Positions 25,193 through 39,552 are shown, counted from the stretch's first letter. The stretch is 64,000 nt of DNA from Octopus vulgaris (GCA_951406725.2 OX597822.1:50902001-50966000), one strand, 5' to 3'. Notes: generated by a model from the sequence alone, not told the origin. Numbers and translations: made by a program.

Positions 25193-25226
<34 letters not shown>

Positions 25227-25287
25227 GATGATAATAACAGCTACAACAGCACCAATAACAAGAGATGCATTCAGTGGTGAAACTATA

Positions 25288-26091
25288 GCGTGCTCTTATC
25301 AATAAGTATCCGGACGGTTGCCATAGTAACAAAGCTACAGCACGCAGAGTAAAGCTGCTTGGTTCAGATTGACCACGATCTCTGCTGCGCGTGCGCACTA
25401 AGCTTTAAGGTGCTAGCTCACTTCCGCTGTTTACAGCAGAGCTTGGAAGGAACGTATGACAGAGAAAGCTGACCAGAGAACCTTCATGAAATTGTGCCAA
25501 AAGCTTGATGATACTCGAGGAGATTTTGTGCAACTGAAACCTGAGTATCATTTTGGTCTGCTTAAAGTTGTTTTAGCACAAACTTGACAGGCGCGCGTCT
25601 CATATACAATTCTTCAGTGGTAATGCACTGAACGGAACTCTAAGTAATTCTCTGATAACCCACTGATGGTAATTCGGCAATTTCCCCTCAGTTTCACGCA
25701 CATCTGTGATGTTTTGCTTAGTTCGGCTGATTGCGGGTCTCACAGAACGTTCATCAATATCGACGTTTTTCGGCCGTCTTGGATACGTCTAAACCACTCA
25801 TACACATGTGTACCGCTCATATACTCCTTTCCATACATTTTCTGCAAATTGACGTAGGCCCCTGAGTAGGTATCGTTATGACAGCTTTCTCGTTGATGGT
25901 CACTGCGACGATCACACGCTACACGCCTTCCTTCCAAGCACTGCTGTAAACAACAGAAGTAAGCTAAAACAATAAAACTTAGTACCCGTGCACAACAGAG
26001 TTTATGGTCAATATTTGCTCAGCAGCTTCATTTTGCATGTTTTAGCTTTGTTATTATGGCAACAGTTCGGATACTTATTGATCAGACCTTG
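25288..26091. mobile_element. Mariner-derived palindromic MITE (two 5' ends, copy 1)
   Basis: TIR ...TCAATAAGTATCCG.AC.GTTGCCATA.TAACAAAGCTA at both ends, with TA 3' flank. Minus-strand transposase HTH remnant (YVNLQKMYGKEYMSGTHVYEWFRR). The left arm also starts a transposase (MTEKADQR..KLCQKLDDT). Confidence 0.85.
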
Positions 26092-26099
26092 TACTTTCG

Positions 26100-27050
26100 A
26101 GAAATGCAACTAGATGCACCAATATTCCAAGAAAATGTGACCCCAAAAGACAAAACAAAAACCACTATAGCTAAACAAACTATCCTCCAATATGCTACTG
26201 AGAAATAGGAGCAAAGGCGACTGCATGGCAAATACCCTAATGGAGTCAGGGACCCTGATGTAGATTAAGCCTTTACTCAGCAGAAGCTCTCATGTTCTTG
26301 TCTGAAAGCAGAAAGTGAGAGATATAGATATAACATTGCTGTTTAGGACCAGTCCCTTCGAACGAATTACGAAAGTAATGAACTGAAAATATGAAACTCA
26401 TCCATCATGCGGTATATAACTAGAGCACCCAGAGATTACAGAGATTATCGACCGCAAAATCGTTGGATGCAGCAAAGTGGACCCAACAGAACACTTGTAA
26501 AACATGTCAAGTCAGCGCAGTATATACATTGGTCAATATGTCATACGATATAACCTCTCTCACAAAAGCAATTGATGGGAACAGAAGCCACTACAAACTA
26601 TCCAAACTGCCGAGTTTACAGTCCTTTGGAATTTCAGTGTACAGACTGATTGGAAATACATGCAAATTGATCAGTTCTTAGTGAGGAAAATCATACTGAA
26701 AAGACCTGTCTCCTGACTGATATTTCAAATCCAGTAGACAAAAACATATCTCTTAAAATCAAGAGGATATCAAGAGGAGCAAACAAGTTTGTAAACAAAA
26801 TCTTAAACAGCCTGAAAATATAGGATTACAAAAGATCATACTTATAGTGACGCTACATATTCTAGGTAGGTTCCTTGCCATGTAAATGTAATCATACTCG
26901 CTCTGTGTGTCGTTTTCGTTACACAAACAGCAGTTTTTAATTGTATGCTATCTCATTTGTTAGCATCTTCAGTTGCAAAATTTTGTTGTCCCTTAAAGTC
27001 CCTGGTTGAGACTTGGGTACAACTTGTATAAATTAAAGCAAAATCAAGAT
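26100..27050 (+). mobile_element. Degraded Dong/R4 3' part
   Basis: RRLHGKYP, LKAESE, CLLTDIS.PVDKNIS and LHILGRFLAM* remnants, then 3' UTR into a trinucleotide tract. Confidence 0.7.
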
Positions 27051-27073
27051 ATATGATTATTCTAATAATGATA

Positions 27074-27106
<33 letters not shown>

Positions 27107-27159
27107 GTTATAGTAATGCTACTACTACTACTACTAATAATAATAAAAACATTAAATAG

Positions 27160-28660
27160 TACATGAAGAAATGACACAAAATTAACAGCATTAAATGCCA
27201 AACTGAGAAGAGGTGATGCTACATGCAAAGGCTTCGAACAGAATAGACAGCTCTAATCAAATAGAAGGCGTCTATTTGAGGATATAGAGGGTCGTCAACA
27301 TCAGGAACTGATTCCAGAATCGGAGGAAGATAAACTATTTTGATCATGCTGATGGAACACGCTGGCGGGACATCAAGTTGGAAAGACAGCTTGGAATTGT
27401 ACCAAGATAAAAGAATGTTAGAATTAATCTACATACAGTGAGATAGAAGTCTCAAAATATAGCAAGCTGGAAAGGTCCAGGCCCGGATGAGGTGCAAGGC
27501 TATTGGCAGAAGAATTTTACACAGTTGCAAGAAAGGATCGCTACGCAACTGGCTGACTGCCAGCAGCAAGGTCACGTCCCTACCTGGATGACAAATGGAT
27601 GAACACCGCTATGCCTAAATGATTCCTTGAAAAGGAATTGGCATCACATTTTCGACCTATAATCTGTTGACGACTAACTACGAAGCCTATGACCGGTCGC
27701 TTGCCAGAAGAGTTTTACAACCATCTCAAAAGTAGCAATCTACTACCGGAAGAACACAAAAGATTCAGGAAACAAACTAGTGCAACACGTATTAGTTGAT
27801 AAAATGATAATTACATATTATAAACGCTGATTGATGGGACTGAATGTACCGTGGTTAGATTTCAAAAGAGCTTATGACATGGTACCACACACTAGGATAA
27901 GCAAAACAAATAGCATGTTTGGAATAGCAAAGAACATGGAGGAAATGCCTACTGAAATACTGAATTAATCGAAGGAAAACTAAATCTCGGAAGAGTAAAC
28001 ATCAGACGTGGAATATTCCAAGGTGATAAATTATCTCCATTACTATGTGTATTGGCCATGTCACTGCTCACTGTGATAATGGATGATATAAAGGTTTATG
28101 CGAAAAATGAGAAAGAGCTTCTAAGTCGCGTACATACTATCCTCATTTTCCCAATTGACATTTGTATGAAATTTGGGAAAGTAATACGTGCTATATTGAA
28201 AATGAAACGAGGAAGATTTGAAATAATGCCAAGGAATAGAAAAACCAAATCGGCAAAGAATGAAAGCAGTTGAGAAAAGACAGTGGTATAAGTAGTTAGG
28301 AAAACTGGAAGCAAATCGGATGAAAAGGAAGAAATGAAACAAATTATTAGTAGCGAATTCACAAGGAGAGTCAGAAAATTATTGCACTCAAAGCTGAATT
28401 GGGATAAAAAAGACAAATTGAAGCTATAAACTCAGATATAGAGTTGGTAAAATAGACTGGGGCAGAAACAAAGTAAAGATACTTGACAGAAAATCTAGGT
28501 TGTTGACGATGTATGAAACACACCACCCGAAAGCTGATATCAACCAGCTGTACTTGAAGAGAGACCACGTTGGAAGATTGTGTACAGACAGAAAGTCAAA
28601 GTCTAGAAGACTATTTACAACTAAAATCAGTTAAGAAAGAATAGCTTTTGAAAATCTAGA
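27160..28660 (+). mobile_element. Degraded Dong/R4 RT fragment
   Basis: SWKGPGPDEVQGYWQK, WLDFKRAYDMVPH, RGIFQGDKLSPLL, MDDIKVYAK, HHPKADINQLYL. Confidence 0.85.
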
Positions 28661-28789
28661 CGTAAATTGTATGTTTTAGCATAACAGTCACAGCAAGACA
28701 ATAAGTGAATTAAACTATCCTGTGATTCTCCTCAGACGAAAAGGACGTCATCAATGAACCTTAACCAAATTATGACCATGAAGGGATTT

Positions 28790-29075
28790 GAATGGCTTCA
28801 GTAGCTGTCTCCAATTTCGTCATGAAGGCATTAGCAAAATTAAATCCATGGGGGTGCAAATCTCGTGGTGCAACTCTCATCTGGTGGTAAAATCTTTCTC
28901 CAAATTTCATTGTGTTACTTTGTAACACAAATGTCAATAATTTACAGAGTAAATTTGATGGAAATATTTTGTTTAACCACTTTTCGAACGCATCTATGCA
29001 TGCTTCTACTTCTACATCGTGAGCAGTATTGGGATATAAGAAAGGAACATCCATGGTTACCAAAAATAAGCTCTC
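28790..29075 (-). pseudogene. Penelope-like element RT fragment
   Basis: LVTMDVPFLYPNTAH...LLTFVLQSNTMKFGERFYHQ...FANAFMTKLE matches the PLE RT pattern DV.SLYTNIPH...N.F.F....Y.Q..G..MG...A..FM..LE. Confidence 0.8.
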
Positions 29076-29099
29076 AACATGGACTCTTTGCTTAAAAAA

Positions 29100-29700
29100 A
29101 GTTGTTGATATTAGACACAAAATCAAAAGTTTCTGGAATATAGAAACTTATTGCCACGATAGCGTAGGAAGGTATTTACATTGGAAAATATGTACACACT
29201 ACAAAATCAACACTCTGGGAGTTTCCAGTCAACACCGACATAACGATCCATGCTAATCGACCAGACACAATGATCAAAGAAGATATCAGTGTTCCTACTG
29301 ATAGAAATATATCTGTAAAGGAACATAACAAATATAGTAAATATAAGGACCTGGGAATCAAAATACAAAAGATGTGGCAACTTAAAGCAAGAACTGTTTC
29401 TGTTATTGTGGGTGCCCTATGTATAAGAAAGGCATGTCATTCGAACTACATAAGATACCAGGAGAACCATGTCTCAGAGAAAGCCAAAAGATTGTGCTAA
29501 CAAGTACAGCCCATATCCTTAGAAAAGCACAATGAATTTAAATACCTGTGTAGTATTACATGATGACATTTTGCTACAGCCACTGCCACTTCCCCTCCAC
29601 AAGTTTTCATTCAGAGAGTAACATCTCTTATCCTTCACTCGCCCTCGGACGCCGGGTGTGTCTCGGCGACTCATTGTAACAAACATTAGGATTCAAACTA
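29100..29700 (+). mobile_element. Dong/R4 3' end (RLE domain + 3' UTR) ending in (TAA)n
   Basis: HDSVGRYLHWKIC, NRPD, ISVPTDRNISVKE..KYSKYKDL, TSTAHILRK. The 3' UTR is similar to that at 52690-52790. Confidence 0.9.
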
Positions 29701-29704
29701 ATTA

Positions 29705-29794
<90 letters not shown>

Positions 29795-30030
29795 GGAGTT
29801 ACTGAGATTTACGATTCCAAAATATTGTGGGATGCAATGGTTCAGCGGGATCATGAGAGTAATCATCGGAAACTTGACATTGTTGTAGTGAGCAGAAAAT
29901 TGACATGACATGCTTTGGTGATGATAGGATTGAAGAGAAAGAAGAAAAAGAGAACAGCTACGATGAACTGAAATAGGAAATACGTAGGCTGTGTGCAATG
30001 AAGAAAGTGGACGTGATACAATTAGAGAGT
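29795..30030 (+). mobile_element. Dong/R4 RLE fragment between (AAT)n tracts
   Basis: WDAMVQRDH..RKLDIVVV..., YDELK*EIRRLCAMKKVDV. Confidence 0.6.
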
Positions 30031-30065
30031 TTTCATGATATAATAATAGTCATAATAGTAATAAT

Positions 30066-30139
<74 letters not shown>

Positions 30140-30611
30140 GTATAATTATCATTATAACAGCGACGACGACGACGATGGTGGGTGATGATGATGATGACGA
30201 GGCGGAGGAGGAAGAGGAGGAAGAGGGGAGGAGGAGATGCTGGATAATTATTATCAGAAGAAAAAGTTGAAAAACTTTTCCGATTTTTAATTTGGAATTG
30301 AAATAATTTATTATATTTGAAGCAATGTACTACTGGCACATATCTTTCACTGATATGTAGTATTCTGGAGTGGTAACGAACATTTCAACAACGAAGGACG
30401 AAACTAGACAACATTAAATAATGTAAAGCAATTTCGCCTGATGTTTACTTAATAAGTATCTCTGAAACCATCCTGGAAAATGCTTATAAGTAGAAAGTAT
30501 ATTGAATGGTTTCATTTAAGAAATAATACGCTTAATGCACACATACATATACATATGAAGATTATACACTCACCTTATATCAACCCATTTATATATATAC
30601 CTATGCATAGG

Positions 30612-30643
<32 letters not shown>

Positions 30644-30777
30644 CATGTGTGTTTGTATATATATATATATATACATATACGTGTACACATAAACACACAC
30701 ACACATATATATACATGTACATATACATATATACACATATATATGTGTATATATACATATATACACATATATATGTA

Positions 30778-30843
<66 letters not shown>

Positions 30844-33800
30844 CAAACACACACACACACTCACACACATGCATGCACACACACAGATATAATCCTACTT
30901 ACTTTATTTAATAAGTTCCTTTTAATATCGTCTTCATTCTCTCTGTTGATTGCTATGTGTCTAAACGTTTGATGTATTTCAACTCTATAATTGATTGGAA
31001 CTTACAAAATTACACTTAGAACTTCAAAATTGAGTATACGAAAATATAATATGAGATAATATCAGTTATTCAGAAAAATTTAATGTAATAGATAGTATGA
31101 AAACATTTTACATATTCACTTCAAATAAACATGCTACATACGGGCGCACCCACACAAGCACACACAGACATTTGTATACTATCTTTCAATGTATATACTG
31201 TATGTATATCTATATCTATCTATTACACACGTGGCCATTAAAAACTCTTAGACAAATGTATAGTACTAACTGTTAAGTAGAAAGTATTAAATACATAACT
31301 TAAGTAGAGTAAGTAAGTTTATGTTCAAATAAAAAGCCGTTTAAATTTTGATGGTAGTACTTCGTTCAGTAATTTTATCGTGAGTTGTACACGAACACAG
31401 CAAAAACAATGGGGACTTTAGAAATGACAACTGCTTTGTTACCATGCCTGAACTGAATTACATTACGTTTGTTTCAATTAATTTTGAGGATAATGGTTAG
31501 CTTACTAAATGAGGTTTACTAAATGTATTTTCTTGATTATTAAGATAGTGTTTAAATTATAAATCAGCATGGAATTTTGATGGAAGGTTTCCATTTAAAA
31601 TACTATTAAAGACAAATGTATATGACAAAACCAAGGGGGTACGTAATACATACCACAAGAAATGAACTAGTTTAAAGCCTTCATCTCAGTAAGAGGTAGA
31701 CACATCTCTAGTTAAGATATTCTTAGTTATCAAGCTTCATTCTTCCTTCCCACATTACCAGAAGCAATGTCAGTTAACATCAGTGACTATCTTCACATAC
31801 AAAATAAAAATTACTTGATACACTCATTAGAAAAAATTATATTCTAATATGATGATTCGCGGCTTAATAAGACACAAAAACTCTTTGGACATAATAGCTT
31901 TTCTGGTATCAGCTGAAGTCAGTGAATTTGTTGAAATAAAAGGAAAATCGTGTCTCTTCAATCACGGGCGGAATATATCCTGACGACGGTCAATTAATAT
32001 TGATCGATTAGAACCTGCACGTGAGAAACATGTTCATGGAAGTCATCTACAATTAATTCATGAACCTGTGCTTCTCATTTAACATTGAAAATTACTTCAC
32101 AAGGGTGAATACTCGTGATGTCTCCCACAACTGCTATAAGTCTCATGATGTTACACATACAAATACTTAACTACATCCATAAACAGAAACGTGCTTGTTC
32201 AAATTATATCAGTCAGGATTTCAGAACCTTTAGTTTTTTAATATATTCTCTGTAATACTTCCTACAAATATATACATGTTTAGAAAACATTGAATATCGT
32301 CTTACATTCAATATCTAAATCCCGACCGTTTGAATGAAGTAAACGCTAAAAATAAACCTTATTCAGAGCACAATTCTCTAGAAAGTCACATCCAATACGT
32401 AATTATTGCAAAATTTTCGACTTTTTACACATAGATTTACGTTTAAATCTTAAAAGTCATAATTGAATATATTAAATCTTAAAAGTTGTAATTGAATATA
32501 TTACAATAAGTCTAAATTTTCGAAACGCTACAATATGAGTTGTCTAAAATACAACCCTTGTCAGTGCGTGACGTTCATAACTATAAATCATTACAGCGAT
32601 AGAAAATATTTCAGGGCTGCCCACCAAATTTTCTCCATCCAACTTAGTAACTTTTGTCATAGGAATATAAAAAAATTCGAAAACCAATATTCTGCACGCT
32701 ATCATTTATAGCCATATCTATTTCGAGTTCCATTGTTAAAAAGGATTCATTTGAAATTTCGCTAAGCTTCTAAATTTTTTTTGCGTAAAAGCATTTGTAG
32801 ATTTTACTTAGATTTAGATGCGTGAATGCGCATATTCCTCGATTAACGTTGTCTATTATATAATATATTACATTTAAAATTTTTAAAAAATAAATAAATA
32901 TCGCCACCTATGTATACATTGAACTCCCTATTAGATTACTACATACATGTATATTGATACATATTTATACATTCCCAAATACGTAAAAAGTGCCTCTATG
33001 TGTGTCTGGTAGACTCCAATCGGTAAGCTTCGATAAGTTTCATATTCTGGTCCAGACAGTATATGTGTCTGGACAAGGAACAAAAACAGACATGATTGCT
33101 AACTAAAAAATAATTCTTCGCATAAGGAGTTGATAACTTTGCATAAAAAGAAACTTTCTATTTCCTTGCGCTCTCCTCATATTGTTATACTATGACTTTG
33201 ATTATTATTTTAGCATAATCCATTTATATATTTGAATAATACTACTTTATACTCAATCGCATTATACGGATTGGATATAATAATAGAACAAACAAATATA
33301 TTTATTACATATCTGTCCTATTATCATTGCCCACACTGTATTTATCCAAATATTCCTATTTACAATTGTGTAATAAACAATATTATCATATCTGTAAACA
33401 TTTTATCTTGAACGATTTCTTACCAAGCTTTTATATTTATTTAATTCTACTGTATGGCGTATTTCGAGAATCCCCTTAATCTCCTACAGCCGCACAAATC
33501 CAAACCTATTCTATGTTGGTTTAATTATGCAGTCTTTCTAATTGTTCAGAAAAATATCTCACATAAAAAAAACACAGATATAATTATACATGTAGCATTT
33601 TTTTACTATTTATTTTAGATATTACGTATAGAGAAACCAAACCATTTGAGTGTAAATGCAAGTGAATTCTATTCACAATTTCTATATTGTTTAAAATTCT
33701 TGCAACTACAAATAAATATTCAGGCATAAAAGGACTACATATATTTATTTATATTTATATTCATGTAATTTTTCTGACATATCTTAGGCGTTTATTGTTT

Positions 33801-34636
33801 TTTTTTCTTATTTGTTTATACTTTTAATTTCACCAGAGTGTGTTTTGTTTGGCATTTTGATAAAAATTCTATATTTTTCCTATGGAAATATCTGAAAGTG
33901 ATTAAGATCCAATTTAACTTTTAACGGTTTTCTTTATTGACAATTTATCGATTATTTAATAAATTCCAGAAATTCAAGAATGTTTTTTCTTCTTCACTAT
34001 TTTATTATAATTTCCTTCTTTCTACGATTTAATTAATACGATTATATTCTAAATATTTACATAATTTTAAATAATTCTTAACTTTTCGAAATATTTACAA
34101 TCCACTTCAGACTTGTTTCTACAATTCAATACTTTTAAAGGTGTCTTCTATTGCTTATGCATAATTCTTATACCTTTCTTATATATTTTACATATTTGAA
34201 GTTTTTTTCTTTTAAAGTTTCCATATATTTTCCAGAAACATCGGAAATTTCCGATCTTTTCTTTTCTTGTCTGTTTCTCTATTCATTTCTGTCTTCCTTC
34301 CTTCCGTCCTTCCTTCCATCATTCATTCATTCATTCATCCATTAATTCATCAACGCATTCCTTACTTACCCACTTGCTTCTTCTTTACTTCTGTTGTAAG
34401 TTATTGTTTTACTAATCAATTCACCTTTCATCACGTTCACTCAGCATTTCCTCTACACTTCTATTCTTTCTGTTTGACCTTCATTTGTACTTCTGCCTTC
34501 CCAAAACAACGTTTCTCCTATAAACACACATACACATATATACGTGTGTGTGAGCATGTGCGTATGTATAAAAATACATGTGTACATGTATATATATTTA
34601 TGAATATGTATGTATGGATATATATATATATTTTTT

Positions 34637-34667
<31 letters not shown>

Positions 34668-34695
34668 ATATATATATGTATACATATATATATAC

Positions 34696-34730
<35 letters not shown>

Positions 34731-35402
34731 CATATATATACATATATAGTTGTACACAAACGTGCATACATACATATATATCGAGCATAGATTACCCCTT
34801 TTTAATTTCCTTGACACCTAATACTCTACATGTACATTTGAGTTTTAATTCTCAACCATTGTTTTTTATTATCATCCTAATTTTCTATTTTTGTTGATAA
34901 TCGAAATTAGATTGTCTGGGGTAAACTTTATGAAAAATAAGACACTTCAGATAATTATCACAAAAATATATGTAACTACTGGGATTTATTTCTGGAAAAT
35001 CAATTAAAAAAACTCTGAAATTATTGCCGCATAAATTTCAGATACACACTAAAATGTATAATTTTAAGGGACATAATCGGCAACACGTTCAGAAAATTTA
35101 ATATTGGCGTCCTAGGCGTCCTAAATATTGGCGGCCTAAATACGTATCACACAAACATCGATCTATTATCACAAACAACACTTAATTTACCTCTCTTAAT
35201 GCAAATCAAAGATCTCGAAACCCTACGGTGTTTAAAAGGAATCTGGTAAAATTCTTCTTATATGTGATCACATTCTGCGCATATGCGGCTTGGGGTCTAG
35301 TGGGCACGGCTGATTCCTAATGAAGGAATAGATTCCTACGGACTGCTTTCCTATCAAATCATACCACGCAATGCTTCACTGAAACTATCCCATATATATA
35401 GA

Positions 35403-35550
35403 TGCAGCATGGAATTGAAGTTTTTCAGTGATCAGGACGCGGTCTCAAATTGACAAAAATATTTTGGCAAATAAAATTTAAATGCTGAAGTGAATCTAAC
35501 GGTTTTTGTGTGTTGTTTAATGTCTTACGAGCATCTTCCATGCTGCAATT
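35403..35550. mobile_element. Penelope-like pLTR remnant with terminal inversion; related piece at ~42180-42266
   Basis: TGCAGCATGGAA...TTCCATGCTGCA inverted ends and a decayed hammerhead-like core. AATTGCAGCGTGGAAGGTG at ~42244 is homologous. Confidence 0.45.
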
Positions 35551-35560
35551 GTATATATAT

Positions 35561-35615
<55 letters not shown>

Positions 35616-35796
35616 CATACACACACACATATATACACACACACACACACATATATATATATTTATATACAGATATATTCATACATACACATGTGTCTAT
35701 GACGACTATTCTTGTGCCTATTCTTGTGGGATAAGTTGGGATAGCCACCTTAATAATTTATGATTCCTACCTCGGCATCTTCAAAATTAGTCAGTG

Positions 35797-36033
35797 TTAA
35801 AGCCTAGCCAGGCTCATGGGCCCGGTTTCTGGGTTTCTATGGCGTATGTGTTCCCCAGCTGGACGGAACGCCAGTCCATCGCAGCGTTACTCATTTTTGC
35901 CTGATGAGTGAACTGGAGCAACGTGAATTGAAGTGTTTTGGTCGAGAACACAACGCGTCGCCCGGTCCAGGAATCGAAACCACAATTTTACGATCATGGT
36001 GCTGACACCCTAACCACTAAGCTACGCGCCTCC
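35797..36033 (-). mobile_element. tRNA-derived SINE (near full length)
   Basis: Minus strand: GGAGGCGCGTAGCTTAGTGGTTAG (A box), GGTTTCGATTCC (B box), central TGCGATGGACTGGCGTTCCGTCCAG (V-domain-like). Confidence 0.85.
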
Positions 36034-37162
36034 ACTATTATAAAATATGCTAATGCGTACAATGTAAGTCACAGCATATATTCTTATATATTGTAAAATG
36101 TATAAGATGTAAATATCTAAAATGCCTACATTTAATCTATTTATAATGAGAAGATAGGATACAACAGTAATTCTATACAATGCTGTGAACGGAAAAATAG
36201 AGTATTTACTACTCAACAGAAGAAAGTTCTCAGAGTGCTCATACGATATATCAACAAGAGCGCCTTTGTGCATAGTCACGCTTATACATGTGGATTCATA
36301 AAAGATCTTATATATTTTGGGGGTATTTTCCTTTCTTTTGTTGTGGCAGTGGTGCTGCTGCTGCTGTTGCAGTAAGCACAAAACCGTACTCATACACAAC
36401 ACACACACAGGCGTGCGCACACACGCACAGACATGCACATACACACACGTACGCATATGCATAGGCGCACGCACGCACGCACACACACAACACATACATG
36501 CACACACGCACATTCGCTTTACCTCACTTTCTTAGATTCTCAATGATAGCCATATAAAGAAAGAAATATAGAACCTGGACACTAAGAAATAGACCAGTGA
36601 GAGTTTATTATTGCAGAAACCCGGTATCGTTAAATAGAGATACTCATGGTTTCCTCGTCTAAATATAAATTTATTTCGCCAGTTTTCAAGTTGATAATAA
36701 GGCTGCTTTTCATTTGCTTTCGAAAGCGAATAGAGTTTAAACAAGGGACACTGATAAGAAAGAACACAAAAAGCAAAACACAAGGCAGATAACCAACGTT
36801 AGAATGTCATTCCAAAATATGTTAATAGTTTACTATGTGCCTAGTGGTCTGCTTTTAAAATCCGCCAAGATGTATTTCTTAGCATATGGACACACAGAAA
36901 AAACCCTCGTTCTTAGAATCTATGTGTGTGTGTGCTTATGTGAGTGTGAATAGAATGAACATTTATACTACACATTACTACTATATATTAGGAAACCTGC
37001 AGCTATCTCAGATGAGTGTACTGCAATTTCAATCAGATTGTGTGAATGAATATTTCGGGAAATCAATTTTGTGAAGAAAATTTTGTTTGTTAAATCACTT
37101 TAGTAGAAGAAAAATATTTGTTTTGAGTCAGAGCTCATCAATTACGTTATCTTTTTTTTTTA

Positions 37163-37711
37163 CCTTATCTCTGTTTAAGATCTTTTGTAATCCAGAATGC
37201 AGCGAAAGAAGTCAAGTAATAGCTGTTAAAGATGATTGCTAATTGCCTGAAGAGTTTCGTCGATACAAAGATTTTCTATTCATTATACGGTGCTTCATTG
37301 ATGGTACAGATTTATGTGATACTTCTGCATCGTTTTGTGCTTAATATATACGGATTCTACCGTGCTGTGTTGTTGATTTGCTGCCATGCTCATTAAGGCA
37401 AGTTGCCGAGGAATTGGCGATGAACCAAAAGAAAATGCTAAGGGAGAGAGGCTTCGTTTTGTCCGGAAATGTGGGACAGCAGTGTCTTAAACTATACTGG
37501 TTCGGATCACATCATCATCCAAGATGACACTTCTCCAGTATAGTTCTCGCAATTTCGCACAAACGTAGAAAGTGCTTATACAATGGAATTGGTTTGAATC
37601 TGAACGAGATAAAGAAACAAAACAAACGAACCCAAAATTGCAGCAATGCATTTTACTCAAACTCATACTCTTCCAATTGTATGTTGTTTGATCTTTCAGT
37701 TCTTTGAATGT
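37163..37711 (-). other. Candidate non-coding/UTR exon (~550 nt) in unique sequence
   Basis: Minus-strand acceptor TTCTTTTATGTATTGCAG| and donor AAG|GTAAAA. Higher complexity than the flanks, with only short ORFs. Confidence 0.3.
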
Positions 37712-38242
37712 CTGCAATACATAAAAGAATAATTAAAATATATTCACATTAGTACACCGAAACAGGAGGATATACATGATTAAAATGATGACCACATGCC
37801 GCACATTTAGCTTGAAATGTTATAAGAACAATTTTTAATATGCTTTTTCATCTCAAGTGCTCTTAGTTATGTACTTCGTGGTACGGGATTTAATGCACTT
37901 CCTCAGCATGATATTAGCCACTGGCTTTTCTGAATCACTTTTTACATACTTTAATGAATGCGAAGCATACTTTACACGTTTTATTTCGCTAAAGGTTTCT
38001 CTTACAAATGTTCAATGAGTTTTATTTGAATGACATGATGAAAATTACGTACTGGTATTCGCCAGTAGCAAATGTAATTTTAGGGCAGGTGTTACCTTTA
38101 ACAACGACAGTATAAAGAATAAACCTTACTCGCTGCATTCTTCAGATTAATGTAGTCTTCAGATTAATGTAATAAACACACACATCACTACGTATACATC
38201 TATCTCTCTATATCTCTTTCTCTCTCTCTCTCTGGCTCGCTA

Positions 38243-38351
<109 letters not shown>

Positions 38352-38427
38352 TGGTATATTCCATTAAGAGCGTGGTAGAGTGCAGTATAAAGCACGTCCA
38401 CTTTAAGAAGTGTCCAGTATTGTCCGA

Positions 38428-38472
<45 letters not shown>

Positions 38473-38961
38473 CTTCCAAGTTTAAGTACGGGCATTCGTC
38501 GTGTATGAACATAAAATTAAAGAAATTTGAGTCAACAAGGAGTACGGTTGGACAGTTATTATGAAATCGCTACAATGGTTTCCACTCAACGTAGTTCACC
38601 AAGAATACAGGTAATTGATTATGCAGCACTGTTATGTGTGTATATGTTTGCATGTGTATATGTAAGAGTGGATGTATTTGCGCGCACACAGGACTGTTTG
38701 TATGTATGTGAGTGGGAGACTATTTGTGTACATATATTAATATACGCTTATGTGTATACACATAAATATTTATCTAAATACGTGTGACTATTCATATATG
38801 CGTATACATAAACATGTGTGTGTGGGTAAAAACATGTATATATATATATATATATGCATGTGTGTATATCTGTGTATATATGTGTATATTCTTATGGATT
38901 TATTATATATATAGGTGTGTCTATGTATGAATGTGTATATGTGTGGATATATACATGTATA

Positions 38962-39024
<63 letters not shown>

Positions 39025-39220
39025 TTTCTCTGTGTTTACGTCTCCTGCTTTCCACATTTTTACGTACTTTACTCGTTTTCCCCTCCTCGTAAATTTACGT
39101 ATTTCATGTTTATTGTTAATTGGGCCGTTGGTAACGTCCTGTACTCATATATGCATATTTATCTATCGATCTATCTATCTATTTATCTACCTATCTCTCT
39201 CTCTCTCTCTGTATATATAT

Positions 39221-39552
39221 ATAACTTAGAATAACTTAGAAAGGTTTTGGCCAGTATTGGCCCAGGCCATGTCCAACTTAATAGCACCATATCCGGGTGT
39301 GGGTGGTTTGTCTGGTACTGTTTGAAGGAATCTGTCCAAAGACTTCTTGAATTTTCTGTGGTCAGTTTCTTTTTTGACGTGTCCTGGTGTAATGTTGAAG
39401 AGAGCGGGTCCAACTGAGGTGAAATAGTTGTGCCGTATTGTTGTTATGTGATGCGATTTAGATTTTTGTTGTGGACGGATAGCACGTGGTCCAAGCCTTG
39501 GATGCATTTTGAAGGTGATGCCAACATCATTCGGACAGTGGTGATGGAATAT
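39221..39552 (-). mobile_element. 5'-truncated 3' fragment of a sister family of the 1704-5511 LINE, in (TA)n
   Basis: [34 protein letters not shown]...DKPPTPGY closely matches the ORF2 C-terminus. Same 3' UTR; tail (TCTAAGTTAT)2. Confidence 0.95.

Noticed and set aside
39285-39295. 74-bp deletion interpreted as a spliced-out intron
   Set aside because: A GT..AG excision (5368-5439) would leave two extra bases not seen here, and GTCTCT is a poor donor. TG microhomology explains it better.
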